64,000 nt of DNA from Trichoplax adhaerens (Eukaryota; Animalia; Placozoa): assembly GCF_000150275.1 (NCBI RefSeq), contig NW_002060951.1, forward strand, positions 927,186 through 991,185. The letters are read 5' to 3'. The notes under the pieces are model-generated. The model saw only the letters and a list, made by a program, of their open reading frames with translations. It did not search any database and was not told where the DNA came from. The position numbers and the translations under genes were made by a program. This document shows positions 40,957-53,103 of the stretch, piece after piece (within the stretch, counting starts at the first letter, position 1; each line of letters begins with the position of its first letter).

Positions 40957-43900
40957 ATGGAGGTGAATTGGGAGAATAAAATTGCCTCTATTATCCGGGA
41001 AAATGAAGATAGTATCTCTAAAATCAAGGTAATATCAACATAGATACTACATTGTAAATATACTCATAACTGGAGTCCTAGTAAGTTATATTCATTCTTG
41101 CTAATCTACCTAAAATAAATTTGGATATATAACTACAACTATTTTCTAGCGTTTCAATGCTAAAATTTACGAACAGAAGTAGATTATCCAAATGTATTAA
41201 TATACATGGAAAGATATCATTCATTGATGAGTAGGTAGTTTCAATAACATCATGGTTACCGATAAATATCTTTCAGCATAGTTTGAACTCAAAATCCGAT
41301 TTTATCTACTACTTGAATTTCAAAAAATGTTTGAGTTATTGGTTAAATTTTTCAAAAGTTCTTTCTAATTCGCTAAGTATAACTTAAGGGGCTATTACGA
41401 CAAAATTGCAGGCATTTGAAATTGATAAGACTAAAATCAATTCTAATACAAAATTCCAATCGCAAGATTGCCCTTGCCTTCGATATTTAGATTCAATAAA
41501 TAGATTTACTATAGTTGAAGTTAAATGTTACACCGATCAAATAAATAAATTGAAACCGTAGCCTACTTTTTAAGTTGAATACTTACATTCGGCAATTCCA
41601 TGAGAAGACGCCAATTTTAGTATAAATTGATTCCCTTTACCATGATCATACTATAGATTTTCGTTCTAATATTTCTGAATGTTTAATACGATCTCTAATA
41701 TCAATATTTATGCCGAATGACGGTGTTATAATTCTGTCTTATCTTAGCACTATCCTGGTTTACGAGATTCAGTTCGTAGAGGTTCATCTAATGCTCTCCA
41801 AATTTCTAATCATTGTTTCTTGAATTATTAGCACTCACTTCAGTTATATCGCAAAAAACCGGACAATAAATTACTAGCAGCTAACTACGGTCTACAAGGT
41901 AATTACAGTGGCTTTAGATAGAGATTAAATTTATTCCCGCCCTTATATCATCACTTATCTAATCCTTTTTTAACGTATGCAAACTAGGATACAAATCTTC
42001 AGGACTTAATTATGCTTCTCCAACTAGCCATGATTTTAATCAAAGCACTTTGGGCCAACCTATTACTACTTCCAGTAATAGTGTAGAGCATATCCGGCAA
42101 GAATTAATGACTCCGTCTTCACCATTACTTGTTAATTCACTGGTTGAAAGGATAGATCAGCAAGCTCAAGTAAGGATAATTTGTTGAAAGTGCTATTAGT
42201 TGTATCATTTGCATTAGATCATACCAGCCGTTAAATAAATTTTTTTATTGCAATCTTCGCTTCTATTATTGAAAATTTCATAGACTATTAGATCACTAAC
42301 ATCAACAATGCGAGAATTAAAGTTTCAATTAGACGTAAATGAGAAAAATACAACCAATCTGAGAGGTTTGCTACTAATTATTTTGCTTTTGATGTAAGGC
42401 CTCAATATTATGAAATAGTTGCCTTAATGTAATGCGAAAACAATTCAATGTTTGATCTATAAATAATTGTTATATTATCAAAGAATCTGATCCTAATCCT
42501 GATACGATAATCTTGTAGGATTATTTTGATTACTAATTGATGAAGTAGATACTCAATTGTGACGAATTTGTACTTGCAATTTGAAATGCGAGTAATGTCG
42601 GTTGTTTCGGAAAAATTACGCCAGAACTGCTCGTAACAGCTTACAAAATGTATTTAGATCTCCAACAAAATCTCCTCTACTTTCCAGTTTTCATCGTTGA
42701 TGCACACTCTTAGCTATTTCAATAGCACATTTATTATCATGCTATGGAATATTCTTTTAAAAATATGGTGGAAACTATAATCTGATATCTGGCTTGTTAA
42801 CTAAACATGATCGTCGCTAAAATATTCTTAGTTCATTTTATGCAAGTTTAGTACTGTATCTTGATTTAATTAATAATTTTTAATCACTTTAAGATGAAAT
42901 TAATAGCATTAAAAGAGTGAACAGCCAGCAAGAATTAGACCACATCATTGAAGATAAGCTACGAAGTGTAAGTTCATTTAATTCATATATCAGATTTAGA
43001 TTGATAATTGAAGCTTCCGCAAGTATGATATAAGAGAATTTCGAATTCAATTCTATATCAAGAATGTTCTGTCGCCACATATAAATAATAACCTTGACGT
43101 ATGTCTGTTGATGCATACTGTATTACATGCGAGAAGCTGATAGGAATGAATCTTCTAGCTTCAATTACGATGATTCATTTACTTCTTATGACTTAATAAT
43201 GCAATGGCTTCAGCAGCTGTAATAGCTGCAATAATATCTTATGATATTAGCACTGTTATATCAATCTGTTAAGCCATTCTTATTCATTACTCTCTATCTA
43301 TTTTTACCAATCGTATATTGATAATAAGAGATCAGCTACGATAGTTTGCACAGGAAAGATCATAATTTAACCTAAACTAATCAATAGATGATTCTTTATC
43401 TAGTGGAAAAAGCAATTACAGCTTGAAGTCAAGGCAATAACAAATGATGTTCGAAGGCGTCCAATTCGCGATGATAAAGATGACAGTTATACAAAAAGCA
43501 GTGAGCCAGCTTTGGCCATTCTATCACAAGATTTTTATCAGAGGTAAAGTACAACAATCATCGCTTGCATCTTATAGTCTTATAGATACATAGATTCTGT
43601 TGAACTTGATATACAGGGGTAAATGCATTGATAGTGTACATATAATCGAATTTTACTTGATAGGATCGAAACACCAAAGTAGAAATTTGATTCATGATTG
43701 ACTAATTTAACATTGTAGGATTATGTTATCGCATATAGCGAATAGCATTGTCTACTCGCTAGACTATACTAGTGATGCATTTGAAGCCGTTCTCATCAGG
43801 ATCTAAAGTAAATGATATTTCCCTCTATTTTGCTGCAGTAAAAAATATGTTGAAGAAGACTTTGCTACCTTCCAAGGTAACTTGGACAGACTTCGATCAA

Positions 43901-45190
43901 GAGTGGGTAAGTTAAATGTCCAGTACGACCTTATGAATGAAATTGCTAATATCACGACCTTCTACTGTAATATCAAATTGATACGAAAAATTTTCACAAC
44001 TCAAAATGTGCTTGTAATAAATTGATAATCTAACAGCTAATCAATCCGCTAGGTAAAATTGAAGTCGATAAAAATAATCTAAGCTGCGAACTTCAAGCTT
44101 TATATGTTAATCAAGATCAGATGAAAAGGGTATAATATCAGCTCTTATTATTCAACGTTAAAATTTCATTAGATGATTAGTACGCTAATGAATCATCAAA
44201 CTTATCATATACTATAGTAAAGGGCAGGAGAATCATAGTCATATTTCATTTTTCTCTTTCGTACCTTCATAGCAAGTCGATGGAATCCTAAATACCCAAC
44301 ATCATCATGCGCAACATATACAGTTATTGAACGAGGATAAACAACTTAAGAATGCCCTTTTGCAGGATCTGAGGTAATTATATCAGTATCTGAAGCTTTT
44401 CAACTTTTGCATATTAGTACCGATAAATTATGGAATAAATTTTGATTAAGCTTACAAGTCAGGTCACATAATCAGTCAATCAATTAGAACCCCTCCAGTG
44501 AATAAATATAATATAAAGTCATAACATTTATGATCTAGATGGAATAAAGGGGGTGCAATGCCTATAAATCTTGCAATTTGATTTCATTATTTATCGCGAA
44601 TTGATTAGATTGGCTATTGATAATATACAAGATGAAATTTTACAACATGCCTCGGTATTACAGCAGCTGAAGACAAGCCGCAGCATTGAAGGTATGCTTG
44701 TGTACCATGACAGGAATGATTAATGGCGTTATGATACTATCTAGAAAACGAACTACTCTAATAATTATAATAATCAATTTAGTTAGAATTTAATATACGC
44801 GTGTATTTCACTACTATTTATTATTATTATTTTTTTATTTATAGTTCGAAAGAAACACCTCAAGAAAAACCTACAACGTAAGAAGGAAGCATTTGCAAGC
44901 ACTGCCGTTGATGGCATTAATAGTTCCAACCTCGTTACCGTTTCATCAGTATCATCTGCATCTGTTTCCTCTTCTGCATCTACTAAAAGCCAATCATCAT
45001 CGATAGAAAGTAGTAGCAATAGTATCAATACAAGTAGTAGTGGTGAAAGCAAAAGCAGCGATAGATCAAATCGTTTTCTTGCTACAAGTTCTAGTAGTGA
45101 ATCAGGTAAATAATTTACTACCTACTACTTCATGCCTAATAGCCATCGATTTATAGAAAATAACGAAAAGACAATTTCATTTTAGATTAA
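40957..45190 (+). CDS. Uncharacterised coiled-coil protein with Ser-rich C-terminus (multi-exon, internal structure partly uncertain)
   Basis: Exons with canonical splice sites: MEVNWENKIASIIRENEDSISKIK (40957-41028); GYKSSG...LVNSLVERIDQQAQ; TIRSLTSTMRELKFQLD; LEVKAITNDVRR...ILSQDFYQS; KKYVEEDFATFQGNLDRLRSRVG; KIEVDKNNLSCELQALYVNQDQMKR; Ser-rich exon about 44845-45106. No family recognised. Confidence 0.65.
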
Positions 45191-46124
45191 AAATTAGGAT
45201 ATCAATACCCATGGTGATTATGCTTTCGAAACCCTATGAAGAAAATCCATGCGATGGAGTACTTTAACACATATTGGATTTCTTGACTATAGTTAATGAT
45301 ATCGGTTGATGGTGATTATTGGTGGATCATGGATAACTGCATTATTTAAACCATTTTTAAATTGCACTTTTATGTCATCGTTGTATTAGTTTGTTGTCGA
45401 AATTTTTACCTACGATAACTTTAAAATCTCTTAACCATAAATTTCGTGTATGCTGACTGAATTGCTTTATTTATCCTGTTAATCGAGAATTCACTGCAGT
45501 CCTGTAGTATTTACATCTAGTTTGTACAGAACCGTCTATGATGTTGTAAAGGGCTTATTATAACCGTAAAATGCCAATTATAGCTACCGTATTTGAATAA
45601 GCAGCAATTTCTGTATTAAACGCAAGTGTATGATATCAAATGCTTCACGTAGTCAAGATATTAATTAAGTGGTAATTGCATCAGTTACAATACTAGCCCA
45701 TCTAATAACTGATGTGAATGGCATGTTTAAGAGGAACTACTATTTTATTTTCTCTTTTTCTTGAATAATCGATCAATAAAATCGAAAAGGTAATACAAAA
45801 TGAAAAACAGCAACATATTGATCTAAATATGTAAGGGTTTCACTACTGATTTCTCGTCGGCAGTTTAACAACTCTGTAGTTATTACAGAATATACGACAA
45901 ATGTTAAATATATTACAGTAATATCACATTCATATAACAAGAGTATTATTACCCTAGTCTTAACAGGTGAAACTGGTGCATAATATATAATCAGTATGGT
46001 GGTAATAAGGGTAACAAAGAGGAGTACCACATAAACTTCAATTGCAAGCAACAGTTGCTGCTATCATTGAAATAATACAACAATTCTATACCGTACTACC
46101 TAAAATATCTCAAGAGGGGATATT

Positions 46125-49100
46125 CTAGTTAGACCCTTCATCGCTACTACTACTTTCCCGCTTGGATTTCTTCTTTTTCTTTTTCTTTTTTTTCTCTCGC
46201 TTTGGTGTTTCAGGTTCGCTCGCTTCTTTTACTTTACTGTTGTTATTGTCGGTTGCGACAGTATCTTTTACGCTATCAACTTCATTAGCATTCTTTTCAA
46301 CTTCCTTATAGTTAGTGCTATCTTTTTCTTCCTTAGTTTCTTTACCCTTCTTATCTCGGCTGGATGATTTGTTATCATCATCGCGATCACGTTTATCTTT
46401 CTTTGACTTGTGGTGTCTATTAAATTAAGAATATTGCATTGCGTATTACTAAGGATTATTGAACCACAATGGATATAAAACTGAGTACAATGGCACTACA
46501 GATAACTACCGTAGCATACCTATGTTTAGGCGATGATGATCGACTTCGCGAACGATGGCGGCGATCTCTAGAAGTACGACGATGGCGATCCCTATAATAC
46601 ACAAGTTATATAAGTGTTTTATTATTAGACACAATTGTAAATTAATATTCATAAATTTGCCATATAGAATATATCGATATCGAATCAATTGATTATCAAT
46701 CTTAATATTACGAACCTGCTATCACTACGTGACCGGCGAGAACTCCTGTGACGTGACGACGATCTTCGCCTTTTTCTATCTTTAGACTTGGATCTTGAAC
46801 GAGAATGTCTATGTCGCCTCCTTTCTCTATCTTTAGACTTTGATCTGGAACGCGAACGTGATGATTGATCTGTGGATGATTTTCGCTGCCTTCTATTTTT
46901 ATCTCTTGATTTCGATCCGGATCGCGATCGTCGATGGTCTGATGGAGATCTGCGCCTTCTGCCTCTAGATCTTGATGTTGAACGTCGTCTAGATCTGCTT
47001 CTCCTGCGTTTATCTCTGGATCTCGAACTTGATCTTCTTCTATCCCTCGATCTTGAACGTCTTTTTCTTTCTCTCGAGCGATCTCTGTAGCGCCTGGGTT
47101 ATTGTATCATACATATATTTATATATATATATATAAATTTGTTAGCAACGCCAAAATATCTCGTATCCATAAGGTTATTAATATACGATACAAAAGTATT
47201 ATGGGTATCATAAAATTTACCTCGATCGCGGAGATATAGATCGAGATTTTCGACTGTAGGGCCTATCTATGGAGCGAGATCTACTTTTCGTCCTGCGCCG
47301 CCTTTCCCGAGATTTTGAGTGAGACCTAACGTAGCAATTGATGTTAAAAACGAATCATCTATTATTACAGGCACATACTTGAATTCATAGTACAAATACA
47401 ATTCATACCTGCTATGTCTTCTTTTAGTGCTAAGATCTAAAATTTACAATAATTTTTGCAATAAGTACATGGATAGTAGTAGGATAACGATAACAATACT
47501 AAGCAAATAGCTGCATACTAACCTGTTCCACCGGGCTCAGCGGAATGTCCTGTACTTTCTCGAACTTGCTTCATAGCATTTTCAACTTCGCGCTGTATTA
47601 TCTCAGGATTTCTTACTTGCGGTTTAACGATAGCATTTTTAGAATAATTTATCCTATTGGAAAAATTATAATATCAGACATTAATATTTCAAGCGCACTA
47701 ACGCTACCGATACTAATTAGCCATTATCAATATTAGTTGTAAAATTGAAAGGTGAAAATTGATGAACATACTTTAATGGCTTGTCGGCAAATGTAATTCC
47801 GGAGAGAGCTATAGAACGATATACCGAAACTTTTTCCGAATATTCGATAAAAGCAAACCTATAAGAAGATCACGGATAGTTGCAAATTCTTCAAACTTTT
47901 ATGACAAAGAAAATAGAAAGGACCATTGCATACGTATAATAGTTACAGTAACGAAATCTATCCTTTATTTCGACATAAAAAGGAAGAATCACTATATCAC
48001 CTAGTTGGTTGAGATGCATCGCCTCCCATTCGAACATATCTAATTTCGCCACAAGTTGAAAAAAACGTCAATAGCTGATCAGCAGTAACCTAATGGTTCA
48101 AAGAAATGTATTAGTATTGTGTTATCCTAGTAGCATGAAAACTGTTGGGACAATTCGATGGAATTGGAAATGATTGTGAATATACCTTTGAATTTAAGTT
48201 ACCAACATAAATGGTTCGCCTTATCTCATCAATTTTAGCAGGATCCTGATTACCAGGAAGTGGCGGAGGTGCAGGAATACCCAACGCAGAAGCCATGACG
48301 TCTGCAGGGATTCCAGTATTACTACTTGCAGGCTGGATAAGTAAAATGATACTTTATTATTTCTTCAACATTTCTCGATAGGCAAAGTTATATTATACGT
48401 AGACGACAGCGATTGTCATTATTGCTTAATTTCTGTTTCCATGGAGTGTATACTGTACTATTTTATTTAGATGGTACTTAAGGAATAACTGTGGTATTTC
48501 ATGTAAGTATAAAAGCTCGATAGCCAGGATATACCTACATGTTTTATGCTATATGCTACAGTTTTTCAACAGAGGTAGAGCATTTGCAACTGCATCACTT
48601 CATACTTGCATTTATAAAATTGATATACTGTTATCGAACTTTGACTTACATTTAAATTAACAGCAGCTGCAATTGTCATGGCAGTTTGATCATCAGGAAT
48701 ACAACCTTCATGATAAAGTAAGACAACATGGTTAGAACCTATTGATTGTCAATCTCAATTTATTATGATTGTCGAGCTGAAATACACTGAATCTTCATCA
48801 TTGTACTGGTATACTACGATATTCATATCTGCTATCACAAATTGGATTTTACTAAACAAATCAAAGTAGATGATTTTACCATCGCTTGCTGGTATCACTA
48901 TCAGAGCACGGTCAATGAAGACTGAGTTGCTTAAATGCCTGGCTACTTGAACACTGTGACAATCTTTATACTTGACAAAGCAAACTTTTGAGGTAACCGC
49001 TGCCGCTTGTGTCCTGTCGTGGTGCAAAGCAAATTGTCAAAGTTAGCCATTATCCCCATTCAAATCATACAACAAGTAACAAGTGAAGTTAAGTTCAAAG

Positions 49101-49713
49101 GTTTTGTAATTGGGAATTGTGTCAATGCATAAAATTGCGGTTGCAATACTGAAACGAAAGTGATCCATTGACAAACACAGCACTTTCAACTTTCAAGCAA
49201 GTCAACGGTATCATTTGGGTTGGTATCTCTAGCTGACAGTACTTTACTTTAGTGCAAGTATGATTATGTTTGATAACACGTTGTGTTTCATTCTTCGTCT
49301 AGACAGAGAGAAGAAAGAGTGTGACTGTTACCCACTAGCATATCAAGGCAATGTTGCGTCTGGATATGACTATCCATCAAGGCGTTATCGTTACGGTTTG
49401 ATTCAAGATATTTCTGTCAATGTGATTGCATATGATGGAAGGAAAAGCAGCGTTTACTTCATGACTCAAACTAGCTAGGCTATGAGGTGGTGGACATAGC
49501 TAAGTGATCCTAATTAGCCAACATAGACTGATTGCATTCTTACTCCGAAGGAAACAGCTTCAATTCTTCAATTTCACCCAAAAACCCAAAGAGAGTGTTC
49601 AACTGTTCTACCGTTGCTCCTGGTGATACATTGGTCACTTGGCAAACATGCGTTACTTCCGAGGAGTCATTAACTGCATCGTTAGCAGTGCTAACCTCGT
49701 CTTGGGCAGCCAT
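46125..49713 (-). CDS. SREK1: SR-related splicing factor SREK1/SRSF11 (p54) family: two RRMs, RS domain, EK-rich tail
   Basis: VCQVTNVSPGATVEQLNTLFGFLGEIEELKLFP|...SKVCFVKY...ARHLSNSVFIDRALIVIP|...PPPLPGNQDPAKIDEIRRTIYVGNLNSK|...GEIRYVRMGGD.SQPTR|FAFIEYS...|INYSKNAIVKP, followed by RS-dipeptide exons (46.5-47.3 kb) and a K/E-rich last exon ending SDEGSN*. Probably co-orthologous to vertebrate SREK1 and SRSF11. Confidence 0.9.
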
Positions 49714-49779
49714 GGCGGACGAAAGTTGAAAATGCTGTAGAAAACGCTTTGACTGAACTGGAAAGAGTCCTCCAAGGTA

Positions 49780-50280
49780 GTCCAGTCCAGTCCAGTACAC
49801 TGTACTGTACTTTACAGTACTTACACTGTAAAAAGAAAGGAATGACTGCGCAGTACAGTACTGTACCGTACTGTACTGCTTGAAACACGTGGTCGTTCAA
49901 ATACGGTCCAATAGGGTACAGTACAGAGCAGAACTGGTTACAGTACTGTACTGTACTGTACACTGTACACTGTACTGTATGTACTGTACAGTACTGTACA
50001 CTGGACATTGTTTTTCAAGCGTCAAGTCCTATCCAGTACAGTACTGTACAGAGCAGTATTGGTTACAGTACTTCACACTGTACACTGTACTGTACAGTAT
50101 GGCTTCAAACCGTACTGTACTGTACTGTACAGTACGGATTAAAACCGTGGTTGTTTTTCAAGTGATAAGTCCAATACAGTACAGTACAGTACAGTACAGA
50201 GCAGTACTAGTTACAGTACTGTAAACTGTACACTGTACAGTATGGCTTAAAAACGTCCTTGTTTTTCAAGCGTCAAGTGA
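49780..50280. repeat. CAGTA/TACTG-based palindromic low-complexity tandem repeat in the SREK1-ARL16 bidirectional promoter
   Basis: Three ~110-145 bp units begin GTCC near 49906, 50026 and 50169. Each contains ACAGAGCAG..TGG/TAG-TTACAGTAC and ends TTGTTTTTCAAG(C/T)G..AAGT. A partial upstream copy and many TACTGTACAGTA palindromes are also present. Confidence 0.85.
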
Positions 50281-50611
50281 TGATTTCCCATTGCCACAAA
50301 AGGAAAACCTATCCGCTAAAACTCAACTTGCAGTGGCATCGTAGCGGTAAAAGGAAAGAAAATTTGGAGTGTCCTGTACGGTACAGTTCATAGCAATTTC
50401 TTGCATCTTTATAACACAGTGCGAGATCGATATTTTCTACGTACTTGAAACGTTCAGTTTAGTCACATGAACGACTACAGTGTACAGTATAAGAAAACCT
50501 ACAGTACAGTACATGACAGTACGTACTGTAGATACGGGCGTAAAAGAAAGATAAACTGTCTGCACAACCGCATTAGGCTTCAGTCCTAAACTACTGACAC
50601 CATCGTTGGAA

Positions 50612-52226
50612 ATGTTGTTACTAGGTAACCAAAATTCGGGAAAGAGCTTGCTGCTGAAACGATTGCAAGGTTAGTCTACGATATCGCTGGATTGTATATT
50701 GTTATCAACTGCTAATACACATAGCATAAGGCATTAGTACCTAAAGCCATATCAACACCAAGTGCCACACATGGTGTATTGCCATTATAACGAGTCTTTA
50801 CTGTGTCGATATTACATACATTTTGCTTTGAAAGTACTCCATCATGGACTGTACATACAGTAAGAGAGAAAGATTAAAACTCTACTATTGCATCTGACTT
50901 GTGATCGTAACGCTATCAGCGGTACTACATTACTAGTGATTCATGCATCAACCATTGATGTTATTTTATGCCAACTACAGTATATAAAAAGATTTTGTAA
51001 ACGATCAATCAAACATATTAAAATCATGCTTGATGTCTAGACAACAACAGTATATATCAATACAGTACAAGTGGATGCCTAATGTCAATGTGTTGAATAT
51101 ACATATCTTGCTACTACTATAGTAGCAGTTAAAAGGATAGAAACAGTTTAGTTTAGCCAATGCTCCATGATATTCGACCCAACAAATAGAAAGCAGTATG
51201 CTATCAATCTTGATTGTAATTAAACCTTTAAAAACTTCTAGATGTCACTTTTGGTAGAGAGATTCTACTCAACTTACGCAAGGAAATTCCTTCAACTATA
51301 CCAACGGTATCTTACCTTAGGATATAAACAACTTATACTAAAATTGGATCATTTCAACAATGACGTTATATCTAGAGAGAGTTGAATTATGAATCTTCTT
51401 CATAGATTGGCACGAATTTAGCAACTATACATGTTACTAAGAAAAAGTCAGTAACTATTCGAGAATTAGGTGGAAAGATGAGCCCCATTTGGCCTAGCTA
51501 CTATAAATCCGAAAAGAATATTATGGTATTTTGATATCCATATCAATTTTGCAGATATCAAGTGATTACTAATTATCTCCACCCTGCATAATGATAATGA
51601 CGTAGTTAATAAACTAGATTTTTACTAGCTCCTGTTAGTGTACATGTATCTATTAATTTACTGTGGAAATGAAAATTTCTTTCAATCATTAATTTTGCAC
51701 ATTATACGAATTACATCACCTACATACGCTCTTTCGACTTATTTGATAGATCAATTAGTTAAGATGTTTTATCTAGCGTGTTAATGTGTTCATTTATTCT
51801 ACTTAATAGTTTATGATTGATACTAGTGACAGAACACAGAGTTCATCTGCTGTTTGTTTACTACTAAGTATGTTAGCCGACGATGACATGGAGTCGAAAA
51901 ATATTCTTATTCTCCTTAATAAAATGTAGGTATTAACTAGAATAGTTGACGACGATATCTTCATCACCTTGAGTGAAATACATCAAACAACTTTAAAATA
52001 TAGTATTGGTATTTGCTTAAATTCCCTAAATATTCCTTAATCTTTTTCACTCAATTCTAGGGATATCAGTAACGCAATGACACAAAGAGAAGTCGACACA
52101 ATTTTTAGGCTGAACGATATCATTTCCTATGCGAAGCAAAAGATTACCGTTTTAGATTGTAGCCTCATCACTGGCGATGGACTGATGAATGTAATATCAT
52201 GGCTTAGTCAATCAAATCTTGATTAA
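50612..52226 (+). CDS. ARL16: ADP-ribosylation factor-like protein 16 (5 exons)
   Basis: MLLLGNQNSGKSLLLKRLQ|DV...EIPSTIPT|IGTNLATIHVTKKKSVTIRELGGKMSPIWPSYY...|FMIDTSDRTQSSSAVCLLLSML...ILILLNKM|D...ITVLDCSLITGDGLMNVISWL...*. The P-loop and the RELGG.M.PIW.SYY motif are typical of ARL16. Confidence 0.9.
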
Positions 52227-53103
52227 CTGTATAAAGTAACGAATTTTTTATAGTATTTATCAATTTTGAAACACAATATCAAGTATTGAATGCATACTAT
52301 TTCGGCATATCATGTACAATAAGCTATGAATAGCATGATCAAATTCACGTCTATTATGTATCATTACAATACAAAATAATATAAATATTTTACTTAGAGA
52401 AATGAATCTTTTAATTACAAGTAAACCTCCGATAGTGACCTTGCTCAATATTATTTATCAATTATCAATTAAAGACAGGAATAACGAAATTTTCTCCAGA
52501 TTCATCACAATGTATAGCAGGAGTAGTTAAAGACTTGATTCAAAGACAAATGGAAATAGCATTAATGAAATAAACTAAATTGCATCTTATTTGATAATAT
52601 AGTGCTGTATCAATAAATTGTCACATAACATAATTTGTATTATTTATATACGACATGAATAATTCGCTAAATCCATAGCAAGTCTACTAGGTAGTCTAAT
52701 AAACCTATACAGCATCATTCTCAATATTTATAAGTAGTGGCAAAATTATTCACGAACTGGGTGATAGCTTGCCCATGTCCAGAAAAATATACATCATCAC
52801 GCATTATACTTCTCATCCATGGCAATATTTAGAAAAATTTCAAGTTAGACCTATATCAAACGTTATGGGTACTGTACATAATCGAAATATTTCCATATGA
52901 GAAATAATGTGACAACAACTGTAGAATATTCTGTCACAAACCAAATACTTTACAAATATTTCCAAACAATGGACGTATAATAGAGAAATAACGTACTCAG
53001 AAATTTGAAATATGTAGCAATGATAAATATATATTTTGATTACTAGAAAGACTGACTACAATTGCGATCAACATAATTTTAAGCGTAACTGAATAATTTT
53101 ATT

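Noticed and set aside
44783-45052. Minus-strand ORF with a signal-peptide-like Leu-rich start
   Set aside because: Antisense shadow of the plus-strand Ser-rich exon (AGT/AGC repeats read as Leu).
46872-47090. Plus-strand Leu/Asp/Arg-rich ORF
   Set aside because: Antisense of the RS domain of SREK1.
49691-50224. Cys/Tyr/Thr/Val-rich ORFs on both strands (also 13588-14000)
   Set aside because: Translations of CAGTA/TACTG low-complexity repeats in promoter regions, with no protein-like features.
51307-51405. Possible U12-type intron in ARL16 (donor GTATCTTA)
   Set aside because: The donor deviates from GTATCCTT and there is no TCCTTAAC-like branch site near the acceptor.
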